Assembly: GCA_001662655.1 (NCBI GenBank)
Contig: KV460222.1
Origin: Pseudogymnoascus verrucosus
Lineage: Eukaryota
DNA length: 64,000 nucleotides
Strand: one strand, 5' to 3'
Both the position numbers and the translations under genes were made by a program. The notes under the pieces were generated by a model, which was not told where the DNA came from, did no database searches, and saw nothing but the letters and a program-made list of their open reading frames with translations. The stretch's first letter is position 1. Every line of letters begins with the position of its first letter. Below, piece after piece: positions 24,715 through 35,249 of the stretch.

Positions 24715-27700
24715 ATGGCTTCTGTGGTCTATGTGTTTGCAGTGCCAATTCCGCTTCTTCCTTTTGTGCTCAGCCTCGTCCTGGTGCCTTTCATTGGTGC
24801 CTTTGTCAAGTTTATCTTGAGGCTTCGTAGTCAGAAACATGGCCAGGTAACAAAGGAGCTTAAGGATGGCCTTGATATCGTTTACGAAGGGTCTAAGGCC
24901 GAAATTGAGTGAGCTACAACCTTTCTATCCCTTTGAAGGCCGTGGTAGCTAATCAACTGCAGCATCGTCGCTGTTCATGGATTTGGAGCCAACCCAAATT
25001 ACGCGTGGACCGCGGATGTGGGAAGCAAGGTTAGGTTTCGCTGGCTCGAACGTCTTCTTCCTAAAGAAGTACCAAACAGCCGCATTATGACATTCAGCTT
25101 CCAATCGAACTGGCTTTTAGATGCACCGAAGACACGGACGACTCTCTGTGCAACCGCCCTACTTGACGCTTTGCACAACAAACGGCAGGTACAGTAACTA
25201 TCCTTGGCAGAATTTGAAGACTTCTAACACGGAATCTAGGAAACGAACAGTACAGAGCGGCCAATTATTTTCATGGGCCATAGTTTTGGAGGCAATTTGA
25301 TCCAGCAGGTTTGAATAAGAGCGGCCTTAGGAAAGTGACTTGCTAACTACCAAGCAGGCGATCGTGAACGCTCACCTACATGAGGGGAGAGAAGATATTA
25401 CAATGGCGACTGCTGGGGTGATATTTTTTGGCACTCCTCATAGAGGCAGCAAAGACGCATCCTGGGGAAGAATTATCGCAGATCTTGGTAGTTATTCAGG
25501 GTTTAACTCCTACGACGGCATTATCAAAGACCTGGAAGAAGAATCGACCCACCAAATCGATTTACTACACAGCTTCAGTGTTTGGCTAAGGAGGATGTCG
25601 GTTGAAACTGTTTGTTTCTTTGAGCTCAAAGAGACCGACTATGGTCGAAAAATCGGCTTGACCGGGATTCGACGTAAAATTGTCGTGACCGAAACCTCTG
25701 CCTGTATTGATGGTTATAGAAAGGTCTCTCTAGATGTTGACCACCTGCATCTAAACCAATTTAAGGGCTCAGATGATGCTTCCTACAAGAAGTTTCAACC
25801 AGAGATTAAGAGGATGGTCGATGGGGCCCCAGCGAAAATCTTGAGAAGGATGAATCCCCGCCAAATCGTTTACAATGATGAACAAATACGTTCGACTGCA
25901 AACTCTACGGAAAAGCTTAGATGCCTTCAAGCTCTTGTCGTTGTCGAGTCAGACGTTATATTAGAAAACCTTCGACGAACCAAGGGCGACAGGGTTGAAG
26001 GGACATGCGAATGGGTTCTGATAAATTCACAGTTCACTGAATGGCTTAACGCCGATAAGAGCCAACTGCTACGCATGACTGGCGGTCCCGGAATTGGTAA
26101 AACCATGATTGCAACCTTTTTAGTTGATGAACTGAAAGAAAGGGCGCAATACTCTGAATCGGATTTATTCGCTTTCTTCCTCTGCGACAACAAAGACGAA
26201 AGGCAGAGAACAGCAACTGCAGTATTGCGTAGCCTTCTTGTCCAGCTCTTACGCCAACAACCCTCATTTTTCTCATACATGCAGCCAGAATATGAGAAAT
26301 ACGGGGAAGACAAATTTAAGGGCGTATTCTGCCTAGATTTTGGCGCTCTTTGGATGGTCTTTGAGGCTATCTTGAGGGATCCGGCGGAACGATCGATCAC
26401 TATCATAATCGACGCTCTTGATGAATGCGAAGAAGAGTCTAAATCGAATTTAGTCAAAGTGCTCCACGATTTCTTCGATCCAAACAGCCGCAATAACAAG
26501 GCGAAGTCTAACAAGGTGAAGTCGAATACCCTAGTTCAGACAGTTAAGATTATTATCGCCCACAGGCCGGAACCAAGCATAGAAAAGGGCTTCTTACACG
26601 GAACCCAGCCACTGAAAGTCGATACTGGCCTTATAAATTGCGACTTGTCGAAGTTCATTAGAGAGAAGACGGAGAAACTCCGAGACGACTTTGATCTCGA
26701 TTCAGAAAAGGCAGATCAGATCCGCGGCGTCCTAGAAAGGAAAGCTGAAGGGACATTCCTATGGGTATCCCTTGTCCTTGGCGAAATGGACGAGCGCGAC
26801 ACCCAAGGCAACATTACCGGCTTGCTTGATAAACTGCCGTCGGGTCTTCCCGAGACTTATGAAAGAATCCTACGAAAGATTAAGCTGGCACATGGAAATG
26901 ATGCAAGCTTTATACTACGCATTATTTTCATAGCCCGCCGCCCGCTCAAAGTCGATGAACTTGCTATAATATGTCTTCTTGGATTGGGTACATATGATAA
27001 AACTACTCTTCCGACAATTCAAGACTTAAATGAATGGAGACATGAATATCGTTGTTGCGGAGCATTTCTGAAAGTCGATGAAGAGAATGAGACTATCCAT
27101 CTAGTACATCAATCGGCAAAAGACTTTCTGGAAGATCTCTCGAGGCACGATGACCTTGCAGGGTTCTATCCAGAAGCAGGTGCATCGAACTTCGATATGC
27201 TTCAGGTCTGCTGGAAATATATGAGTATAGAGAAAGCCGAGAAGGCTGCACTCAGCGAAGAGGTGATAGCACATGAAGCAGGGATGATATCCGACAAAGA
27301 GATGATATTAGCAGGAAAAAGGCATGACTTCCACTGTCGTAGATGGTTTGACTATGCGGATAGGGAATGGCGGGATCACGCACTGACGGCCTATCCTGGT
27401 TGGGTGGACCTACCTGGAATGGAGAAGAGTATACTCGATAAACTGCCATTCTTTCGTGATGAGTGGTTAGAGTCAGCAGCTAGGGAAGGCCAAGAGGCAG
27501 CGGTAGAACAACTTCTAGATAGAGGAGCTTCTATGCTGTCGGTAAATGGCATAGTTCTACGCACCCCGATATGGCATGCCGCTATAAATGGGCATGAGAA
27601 AGTCGTCGGGGTACTGCTTAATAAGGGGGCTAGAGTAGATTTGAAGGATATGTATAATAGAACACTGTTATCGGAGGCCACTAGGAGGCGGCACGAGAAA

Positions 27701-28090
27701 GTTGTTGACCTATTGCTTAGTAGGGGAGCTAATGTTGATTTAGCGGATATATATAACGAAACGCCGCTGATCTGTGCAGCTAGGTCAGGGGATGAGGTAA
27801 TTGCTAAGCTCCTCATTAATAGCGGGGCTAATGTAAATGCGGAAGCTACGTCTGGTTTGACGCCGCTGATACTCGCTGCTCAGACGGGGGACGAAGCATT
27901 TGGGAGGCTGCTACTTGGCAGCGGAGCTGATGTCGATTATAAGTCTGGCAGTGGCTTAACGGCGCTATCAATGGCTACGTGGCATACTCACGGGGATTTT
28001 GCCAGGCTACTAGTTGATCACGGAGCTGAAGCCAGTCCGGAGGAACAAGAATGGCTAGATTCACTTTCGTCAGCCGCTGAACGGACATAA
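24715..28090 (+). CDS. Fungal NLR-like STAND protein: N-terminal hydrophobic helix, SesB-like alpha/beta-hydrolase, NACHT, ankyrin repeats
   Basis: Exons joined over introns 24909-24962, 25189-25239 and 25309-25357 give DIVAVHG, PIIFMGHSFGG, FFGTPHRG and DHLHLNQF (hydrolase); GGPGIGKT (Walker A) and IIIDALDEC (Walker B); about 5-6 ankyrin repeats (e.g. TPLICAARSGDEVIAKLLINSGANVN). Confidence 0.88.
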
Positions 28091-28354
28091 GAAGAAGCGT
28101 CGGCGTTGTCATTAGTTCCTCCTGTGAGAGGTAGGGAGATATGTTGCCACCAAGAGCTCTCTGGTGGAGTCGAACCACGATTCCATTGCTCTGGTTTTTG
28201 TGTTTTGGCACAAGGGATATTTCTAATGTACGGGGGGGTAGAAACTCCAAAATGGACATAAAGCAGATGAAAGCCTGTTATATTCTCTGTTCCAACATAG
28301 GAGCTATGCGAACGTCTATCCAGTTCATCTATCTACATCAACTAAAGCCCCACC

Positions 28355-30244
28355 CTACTTCTTCTTCAAGTTCGTCCACCTCTCCTTCAACGCATGCGCC
28401 GCCGCCTTTGGCCTCCTATCCCTCGTAAACACACCCTTCTTATTCCCATCCACGCGTCCCGTTCCCATGCTCGTCTGAAAGTCCGCGAAATTCCACACGT
28501 GCTCCCCAGCCATCGCCTTAATCGAGTCGAACACCCTATGGTACATCGTCAGCATCGCCACCTGGTACTCCTCGCTCCACGGCAGCCCGAGGACGGTGTG
28601 CAGCCCCGACACAGTGTCAGCGCCGTACTCGGTCATCACGATCGGCTTGTTGTATTTCTTGACCCAGCCCTGCAAATCGGTCGTGAGCGCGACCTCGGCA
28701 TCGGCCAGCTCACCGGTCTCGGTGTACCATCCGTAGTAACGGTTGAGGCAGAGGACGTCGAAGAGGTCGGAGATCTTGTCAGTGACGTGGGTCGCGAAGA
28801 AGACGTTGGCGAAGGTGATAGGTCGGCTTGAGTCGAGCGAGCGAGCAAGCGCTGCCAGGGGCTCGAAGTAGGCCCTCGCGCCCTTGTCGTCGGACGCGGG
28901 CTCGTTGGCGATGGACCACATGACGACGCTGGCGTGGTTCTTGTCTCTGTGGAAGAGCTCGCGGATGGCCTGCGCGTGCGCGGCTTGGGTCTTGTTGTTA
29001 ATGAGGTCCGGGCCAAAGGTCACGCTGCCCGGGGTGCCCAAACCGAAGTTAAGTCCCACGGCGGGGGTTTCGTCAATGACCACGATGCCGCGGCGGTCGG
29101 CGTACTCCATCATCTCCTCGGTGTAGGGGTAGTGGGAGGTGCGGAAGGAGTTAGCGCCGATCCAGTTCAGGAGCTGGAAGTCGTGGACCATGTAAGCTTG
29201 ATCGTGGCCTTTGCCGCGGACGTTGGTGTCCTCGTGCTTGCCGAAGCCAGTAAAGTAGAAGGGCTTGCCGTTGATGAGGAATTGGGTGTTCTTGACCACG
29301 ACGGTGCGAATGCCGGTCGCGAGGTTGTAGGTGTCCAGGGTCTTCTTAGAAGAGTCAACGATGCTGGCGCGGAAGTTGTAGAGGTATGCTGCTCCGGGTT
29401 GCCAGAGCTTCACCGAGGGGATATTGATGGTTCCGGTAGCCCCTGAGCCTTCGGCAACGGTCTTCCCGCTCTCGTCGATGACAGCGATTTGGACCTTTCT
29501 AGTTGTCCCCTTAGCAACGGTGATGTTGTAGTTGATCATGCCGGTGTTTCCCTTATAATCCGTGACAACAGTGATGTCCTGGATATGCTGCTTAGGCACA
29601 GAGTACAGCCAGACCGAGCGAGCCAAGCCCGCATAGTTGTAAAAGTCATGATAGTACTTCTGCGTTCTCTTTCCCGTCAACGCGCTGGTCATCACCTTTC
29701 CAGGCGGGAGAGTCTCAAACGTGAGAATGTTGTTGACCGCGATGGTAAGACGGAACTGCTGGCCCGCAGTCACAAGATCGGTCACATCAGCCTCGAATGG
29801 AGTGTAACCGCCCACATGATGAGCGACGAGACGGTCATTGACATAGATCTGGCCTTCGTGGGTAGCGGATTCGGCGCGCACAAAGTACTGCTCTCCTGAC
29901 CAGCCCTTGGGGACAATCACATCCCGCTGGTAGTAGACCCATCCGACATGGTCGTGGATCGCGCGGTCGACGAAGATGTCGTTGTAGGAAGCTGGGACCG
30001 GGCATTCCAGGTCGGTGACCAATGGCCCAGTCCAAGGCTGGGCGGTGCTGTTGGCGCTGGTTGCAACGGAGAATTTCCACAGTCCATCTAGGTTAACGAG
30101 ATCTCTGGACAGCGAACGCTGTGGCTTGAGCATAGGGAGGGCGTTAAGAACGACATCTCTGCTGGCGATCTGATTGTCATTTGTTGGAACCGCTAACGAA
30201 GACGGGATGATAGCCAGGAGCGAGAGCCTAGCGAGGAGTTTCAT
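28355..30244 (-). CDS. uidA: Secreted GH2 beta-glucuronidase, intronless, bacterial UidA-like
   Basis: LDGLW, FYFTGFGKHED, GANSFRTSHYPY, WSIANEP (acid/base), MTEYGAD (nucleophile), NRYYGWY and GNKKG (glucuronidase N-x-K motif); hydrophobic leader MKLLARLSLLAIIPSSLA. Confidence 0.95.
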   Translation of the reverse strand: MKLLARLSLLAIIPSSLAVPTNDNQIASRDVVLNALPMLKPQRSLSRDLVNLDGLWKFSVATSANSTAQPWTGPLVTDLECPVPASYNDIFVDRAIHDHVGWVYYQRDVIVPKGWSGEQYFVRAESATHEGQIYVNDRLVAHHVGGYTPFEADVTDLVTAGQQFRLTIAVNNILTFETLPPGKVMTSALTGKRTQKYYHDFYNYAGLARSVWLYSVPKQHIQDITVVTDYKGNTGMINYNITVAKGTTRKVQIAVIDESGKTVAEGSGATGTINIPSVKLWQPGAAYLYNFRASIVDSSKKTLDTYNLATGIRTVVVKNTQFLINGKPFYFTGFGKHEDTNVRGKGHDQAYMVHDFQLLNWIGANSFRTSHYPYTEEMMEYADRRGIVVIDETPAVGLNFGLGTPGSVTFGPDLINNKTQAAHAQAIRELFHRDKNHASVVMWSIANEPASDDKGARAYFEPLAALARSLDSSRPITFANVFFATHVTDKISDLFDVLCLNRYYGWYTETGELADAEVALTTDLQGWVKKYNKPIVMTEYGADTVSGLHTVLGLPWSEEYQVAMLTMYHRVFDSIKAMAGEHVWNFADFQTSMGTGRVDGNKKGVFTRDRRPKAAAHALKERWTNLKKK

Positions 30245-30459
30245 GATGCCTATATTGTTCTTTGCGACGAGATGCTTGTGTGAGGCTGTTCAATAATCAT
30301 CTTAGAAATGAGAAACTATGGAATACATATACTCACCCAATCCAACATTGGCAATTGACTCTCACAGCCATTGATACCTAGTATTCTTGCGCCTCCTACC
30401 CAGAAACAAACAAACCATTCCCCTAACGTCCTAGCCTCTCCAAATCTAAACCCATCAAA

Positions 30460-31275
30460 TGACGCTCCCTTTGCGGGGGAGGGTAAGGGAGGGCCTTTGC
30501 AAGGATACCACTTTGCGGGGAAGTGTCCCAGGATAGAGGTCAGCTCTCACCCTCACCAGCTCCAAAAACGCGGGGAAAGCTGTCAGTAAAGCTGTCAGTA
30601 AACACCCACATTCCGCTCCTTGCGGTGAAAGATCCTCGCCATGTCGTCAACAACCCTCCCAGACGCCAAAACTGCGGGGGAGTTAGTACCAAAAGCCGAT
30701 CCTAGCAGGTTCGGGCCCTGGGCCATACCGTAAACTCAATTCTCACAAGACGCCAAGATTACGCGGAAGAGCTGTCAATAGCCGCCAGAAGTCCCACCCC
30801 ACCCCCCCCCCAAACCTCCCTACTTTGCGGGGAAAGGGACACAGAATTGGCAGTTGGATTTATTAACAAAGTCGACTCACACCCTCACAACAGACGCCAA
30901 TATTGCGGGGAGAGAGCAGCAGGCCTGTCAATAGACGCCTAGATTCTGCTCGTTGCGGGGGAGGGTCGTTAACTCTCACAGTCTGTCTCCAAAAAGGGCG
31001 GGGGAGCCGTCAATAGGACACCAAATTCCGATCCTCCTCGCAGACGCCAAGAATACGGGGGGGGGCTGTCAATAGCCATCAAAAGCCGCACCATGCCATG
31101 CCAGGGACGGCCTGGGCGTATCGTCAACTCTCCCTGCCGCCAAGACTGCCGCCAAGAACGCGGGGAGGCTGCCAATATTCACCGACCTCCCCAGAGTTTG
31201 CGGGGAAGGTCCACGATGGGGTATATTATCAGGGTCGACACTCACCCTCGAATACAGGGAGCTATCCTGTCAATC
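30460..31275. repeat. Degenerate direct-repeat array upstream of the glucuronidase gene (GCCAA..GCGGGG..CTGTCAATA units)
   Basis: GCGGGG at 30473, 30515, 30570, 30674, 30827, 30905, 30955, 30998, 31160 and 31200, all on +; AGACGCCAA at 30661, 30748, 30892 and 31042; recurring CTGTCAATA and GTCAACTCTC-like segments. Confidence 0.8.
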
Positions 31276-32016
31276 ATCCCCCATGGGGGAATCGGCAAGA
31301 CACTCGGCAGACTCGGCAGTTCTCCAATGGCATCGTGCACATCTTTAAGAGTTAAAAAAAACCCCAAGCCGGGTCGGGGGACGGAATCCGGGGAAGCTTG
31401 TGCTTGATTGATCCCCCTCTCGGATGCCAAGAATTCAGAAAGATTGATGGGAGATTAAACTAAACTCCAACAGGCGGATTATACACCAATCGGGAGGAGT
31501 AGGGAGGTGTTTGTTTATGGGGGCCGATGAAAAGCCGAGGGACGGGTGGTAATATAACTTCTTTCTTCCAAGGCACAAAGGCACATATAATATAGCTTGG
31601 GATTATTATCCTCTCTTTGTACTTTCACTGGCAGGGCAGTGGTGGTGGTGGGTTCTCTTCAACGGCGGAGAGAACAGCTGGGCTGTCGAGAGAACCTACT
31701 GTGCAGCGTGCAAGTGCAGTTGCTGTTCGATTATAGATAGTGCTCGGATTTAAGGCTCGGAAGTGAAGTGACAGCAAGGGGCCGTGCACGCGCGTTGGGG
31801 CCGGTTAGAACCGTGTGGCGGGTAACGGGGGAGTCGGGTGAGTCGGGTGACGGGTGAGAGGTGCCGAGGGAGGGCGGATAGGACGGATACCGGGATTGGG
31901 ATTTTCTAAGGACCGGGAATAAAAGTAAATAACTGGATGAGTTTGGGTTTTTTGTGCATATATTTCGACTATTATATTTCCATTGTGTGGGTAAGGTAAC
32001 TGCCTGGCTTAGTGGT

Positions 32017-32170
32017 AAAAAAAAAAAAAAAAAAAAAAGATGTAAAGGAAACTGAATAATGGAATATTATTTTTAAGATTATTTTATTAGAAAAATCACG
32101 AAATTTATTTTTGTAACAAGATATTATAACAATTTTTTTTTTATTCTTACTGATGCTTAAAAAAAATAAA
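32017..32170. other. Poly-A tract followed by an AT-rich patch
   Basis: A22 at 32017-32038, then about 130 bp of nearly pure A/T. Confidence 0.7.
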
Positions 32171-32954
32171 CGTCGCTTTTTATAGATATACCCCCCATAG
32201 GCACCATACATGCATCTTATACCTACATAGTACCAGAGTAAGCCGAAAGCAAGCAAAGCACTCAAGACCTCACCATAAACCTTTCCTCGTTCATCATTTT
32301 ATCGCCACTCATGAGCACAAGAAGGAAAAAGCAACACTTGGCAAGTATGATAACTACAACCCCAAAAACGTAGGAATCTAGCACATCACATCACAGTACA
32401 GCACAACATATCACACAAGAAAGACCATCAGATTTATAAAATAGACTTAATTCATTCATTATCCCATTCATCGCCGCTATCCGCGTGCGGAAGGAAGGAA
32501 ACTCATAAACCACCCCAAACAAAAACCTAGTATCATAATGACTCCAACAAACGAACCAGTTACTCAGCCAATCCTGTAGTAAGGACTCTGACAAAAAACC
32601 ACCCCCCTAAAACCCAAAGGCCAAAAACATACCCGCATACATCCCACAAAGAAAAAATCTCAGAACAAAGATAGAGAGACAGATCCTCATACCCCGACAA
32701 ACCCAGCGACCAAACAAAAGACAAAAACAAGTGTCCCGTCCAGTCCAATCCAGAAAAAAAGAAATGAGAAAAGGGGGACATTTTCGTATATCCAGACATT
32801 TATCATAAACAAGAAAAAACCCAACATAGCCCCTCAGCGCGGCGCAAGTGTGTGACTCCGACAGCAGTAGATGTGCAGTATAGCATCGACAAAAACAAAC
32901 AAACAAAAATAATCCGTTCATAAAACCCTCATCACTCCCACAATCTCCACGGTC

Positions 32955-35249
32955 TTAAAACCGACTCGTAAAACTCCTCCTCACCCCACTCCTAACACCA
33001 ACCCCTCCCTTCATCTGCTCCCCAACCCCACCACCACGACCCTTTGCCCCAATCTTCGCAAACCCTTGCAGGATATCCATCCCCGCATCCTCCGCGACGC
33101 CATCAGCCAGGAACTCCGCGCCGTAGTACTCCTCTTGCACTACACTAGCGCCAGCAGATACACCACCAGCGACAGAAGAAGAAGCACCACCAACAGAGCC
33201 AATATCAAAGCTCCCACCCAGACTGAAGATGGGACTCGCAAATTTACTCGGCGACGCGCCCCCCAACCCCAACGCCGCAGACGGGGAATGAAACACCCTC
33301 GGCACAAGCGAGGGGGTGAAATTCAGCTTCGGCGTCGACGTCACGCTCCTCCTCGAGAAGCTATTAACACCATTCGACGACAGATCCCCCAGCGCGCTAG
33401 GCGCGAGATCGAAGCGTCCCCTCTTCGCCGTGCGTTTCTCCGGCGACCCGTTCCCCGGCACCGCGAGAAAGTCTCCCGCAGTGGCATCGATGAACATCTC
33501 AAACTCGGTTTCCAGGTCCGGGAACAGCGGCTCGGCAAGGTTGAACGCTGGACTCCAGGGGAGGCAGTCGTCGGCGGCGTGAATGGAGTCACGCATTGGT
33601 GAGCCGACGAGCTGGCGCACGCGTTCGCGGTGGAGACGGAGGTTTGTGGTTGGAGAGACGGAAGGAGGTGGGCGGGATGGCGCGGTGAGCTTGACAGCTG
33701 GTGTGAGCGGGGGAAGCATAGCAGCGGAATCGTAAGTGAGCCCCCTACGAAGCGGGGACGAGGAAGGCGCAGCCCAGGCAATGGACTCGGCGCATGGAGT
33801 GTGGCGGGCGCGACGCGAGGTCTTTGACGGGCTATCGTAGGAAGAGCCGCGTAGGCGTGCAATTTCCTCCTCAGCGCGACCGCGCTTGACGGGGTGGCGG
33901 TCCGGGACAGGGTTGCGCAGGGCGGAGGAGTTGAGGGAGGAGAAGTAGCCACTGTCGTCCATGGAGGCGAAGTTGCGTTTGTGGGAGCGCTGGGCGGAGG
34001 AGCGGGCGAAGCGGACCACGGGTGGGGGGGTGTCGTCGCGGAGACGGACGCGTCGGGGGACCGGGGGGGAGGATTGCATGAGTGCGGGTGGGGAGGAGAG
34101 GATGGGTTGGGCAGCGCCGGCGTGTGCGTAGAGCTCGTGCTCTGGGGCTTCCTCGTCGGGCTGGTAGGTATCCGAGGCGGGGATGGTGGCGTCGGAGGAG
34201 AGCTCGTTGTCCATCTTTGTGGCAGGCTTGATAGACATGAACGAGTTTGTTGAAGGGGGAGCGAATTCGGAGGGTGCTGGCGTCGAGTTTCTGTACGACG
34301 ACTGTGGGCGCTCCTGGATCATGGGAGGTGCCGGGAGCGAGACGGATGCGGACATAATAGGACCGCTCTCAATGATCGTTCCCTTCTTCGGCTGCTTGTC
34401 CTTGTTGAACTTCTCCTCCTCTCCTGGAGCAATAACCCAGTAGTTGCCTTTTCCGGGATCATCCTTGGGCCTTTCCTGCTTCACGAAGGCCTTGTTCAAG
34501 CTGAGGTTGTGGCGAATGCTGTTCTGCCATCCCGTCTCGGCAGCGCTGTAGTAAGAGTATGAATCCGAGATCCACTTGTAGATCTGGGCCAGGGTCAATC
34601 GCTTCCCTGGGGCTCCGAGGATGGCCATGCCGATGAGCGTGGCGTAGCTGTGGGATGGCTTTGTTCCGTCGTCTTTGACGGCACCGAATTGTTCTGCGGC
34701 AGGGCGTGTAGGCTCAGGCATCATTCTCTGCTTCTTTGACTGAATCATTGGCGCTTCCAGCAGGGCACGCTTCCTCTGGGTCTTCTGTCCGTATATGGCA
34801 TCGTTTGCGTAGAAGTCATCCGCGTCATTATACTGGTGCTGGTAGTTCTCCTTTCCGGCCGGGTAGATATTCGACGCGGTGGTGAAGAGTGCCTTCTGTG
34901 GTCCAGACCCCTGTCCTCTAGCCTGCAGAGGCTGCTTCTTCTCCAGCGAGTCCGTACTGCGCATTGCTCCCCGCGGCGGCGGCATCGCGTGCATGTTGAG
35001 CTTATTGCTCATACCGCTCCTCGACGGCGAGCTGGACGAGTGCAGCGCGTTCTTGTGTGGTGATCCATTGTTGGCCTGGGCGGCGGGAGCGTTGAGGACG
35101 ATATTGCGTCTCGAGGAGGCGTTCTTGATGGGACGTAGGGGGGAGGCGAGGCGCGGCAGTGTCGAGCCGGATGGGACGTAGCTTCGATCAGATTCGGGAT
35201 CTTGGTAGATTTGCAGCGGCTGCTGCTGACGATGACGCGTCGACGACAT
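32955..35249 (-). CDS. Forkhead transcription factor (Sep1/Hcm1-like, no FHA domain seen)
   Basis: KPSHSYATLIGMAIL...LTLAQIYKWISDSYSYY...GWQNSIRHNLSLNKAFVKQERPKDDPGKGNYW; many SP/TP sites; single 764-aa ORF. Confidence 0.92.
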   Translation of the reverse strand: MSSTRHRQQQPLQIYQDPESDRSYVPSGSTLPRLASPLRPIKNASSRRNIVLNAPAAQANNGSPHKNALHSSSSPSRSGMSNKLNMHAMPPPRGAMRSTDSLEKKQPLQARGQGSGPQKALFTTASNIYPAGKENYQHQYNDADDFYANDAIYGQKTQRKRALLEAPMIQSKKQRMMPEPTRPAAEQFGAVKDDGTKPSHSYATLIGMAILGAPGKRLTLAQIYKWISDSYSYYSAAETGWQNSIRHNLSLNKAFVKQERPKDDPGKGNYWVIAPGEEEKFNKDKQPKKGTIIESGPIMSASVSLPAPPMIQERPQSSYRNSTPAPSEFAPPSTNSFMSIKPATKMDNELSSDATIPASDTYQPDEEAPEHELYAHAGAAQPILSSPPALMQSSPPVPRRVRLRDDTPPPVVRFARSSAQRSHKRNFASMDDSGYFSSLNSSALRNPVPDRHPVKRGRAEEEIARLRGSSYDSPSKTSRRARHTPCAESIAWAAPSSSPLRRGLTYDSAAMLPPLTPAVKLTAPSRPPPSVSPTTNLRLHRERVRQLVGSPMRDSIHAADDCLPWSPAFNLAEPLFPDLETEFEMFIDATAGDFLAVPGNGSPEKRTAKRGRFDLAPSALGDLSSNGVNSFSRRSVTSTPKLNFTPSLVPRVFHSPSAALGLGGASPSKFASPIFSLGGSFDIGSVGGASSSVAGGVSAGASVVQEEYYGAEFLADGVAEDAGMDILQGFAKIGAKGRGGGVGEQMKGGVGVRSGVRRSFTSRF

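Noticed and set aside
24400..28350. Amyloid signalling motif or adjacent HeLo/SesA partner for the NLR
   Set aside because: No G/N/Q-rich pseudo-repeat or small partner gene found; the NKAKSNKVKSN stretch is only a local 15-bp duplication inside NACHT.
32017..32170. Possible retroelement poly-A tail or RIP relic
   Set aside because: No target-site duplication, ORF remnant or second copy is visible.
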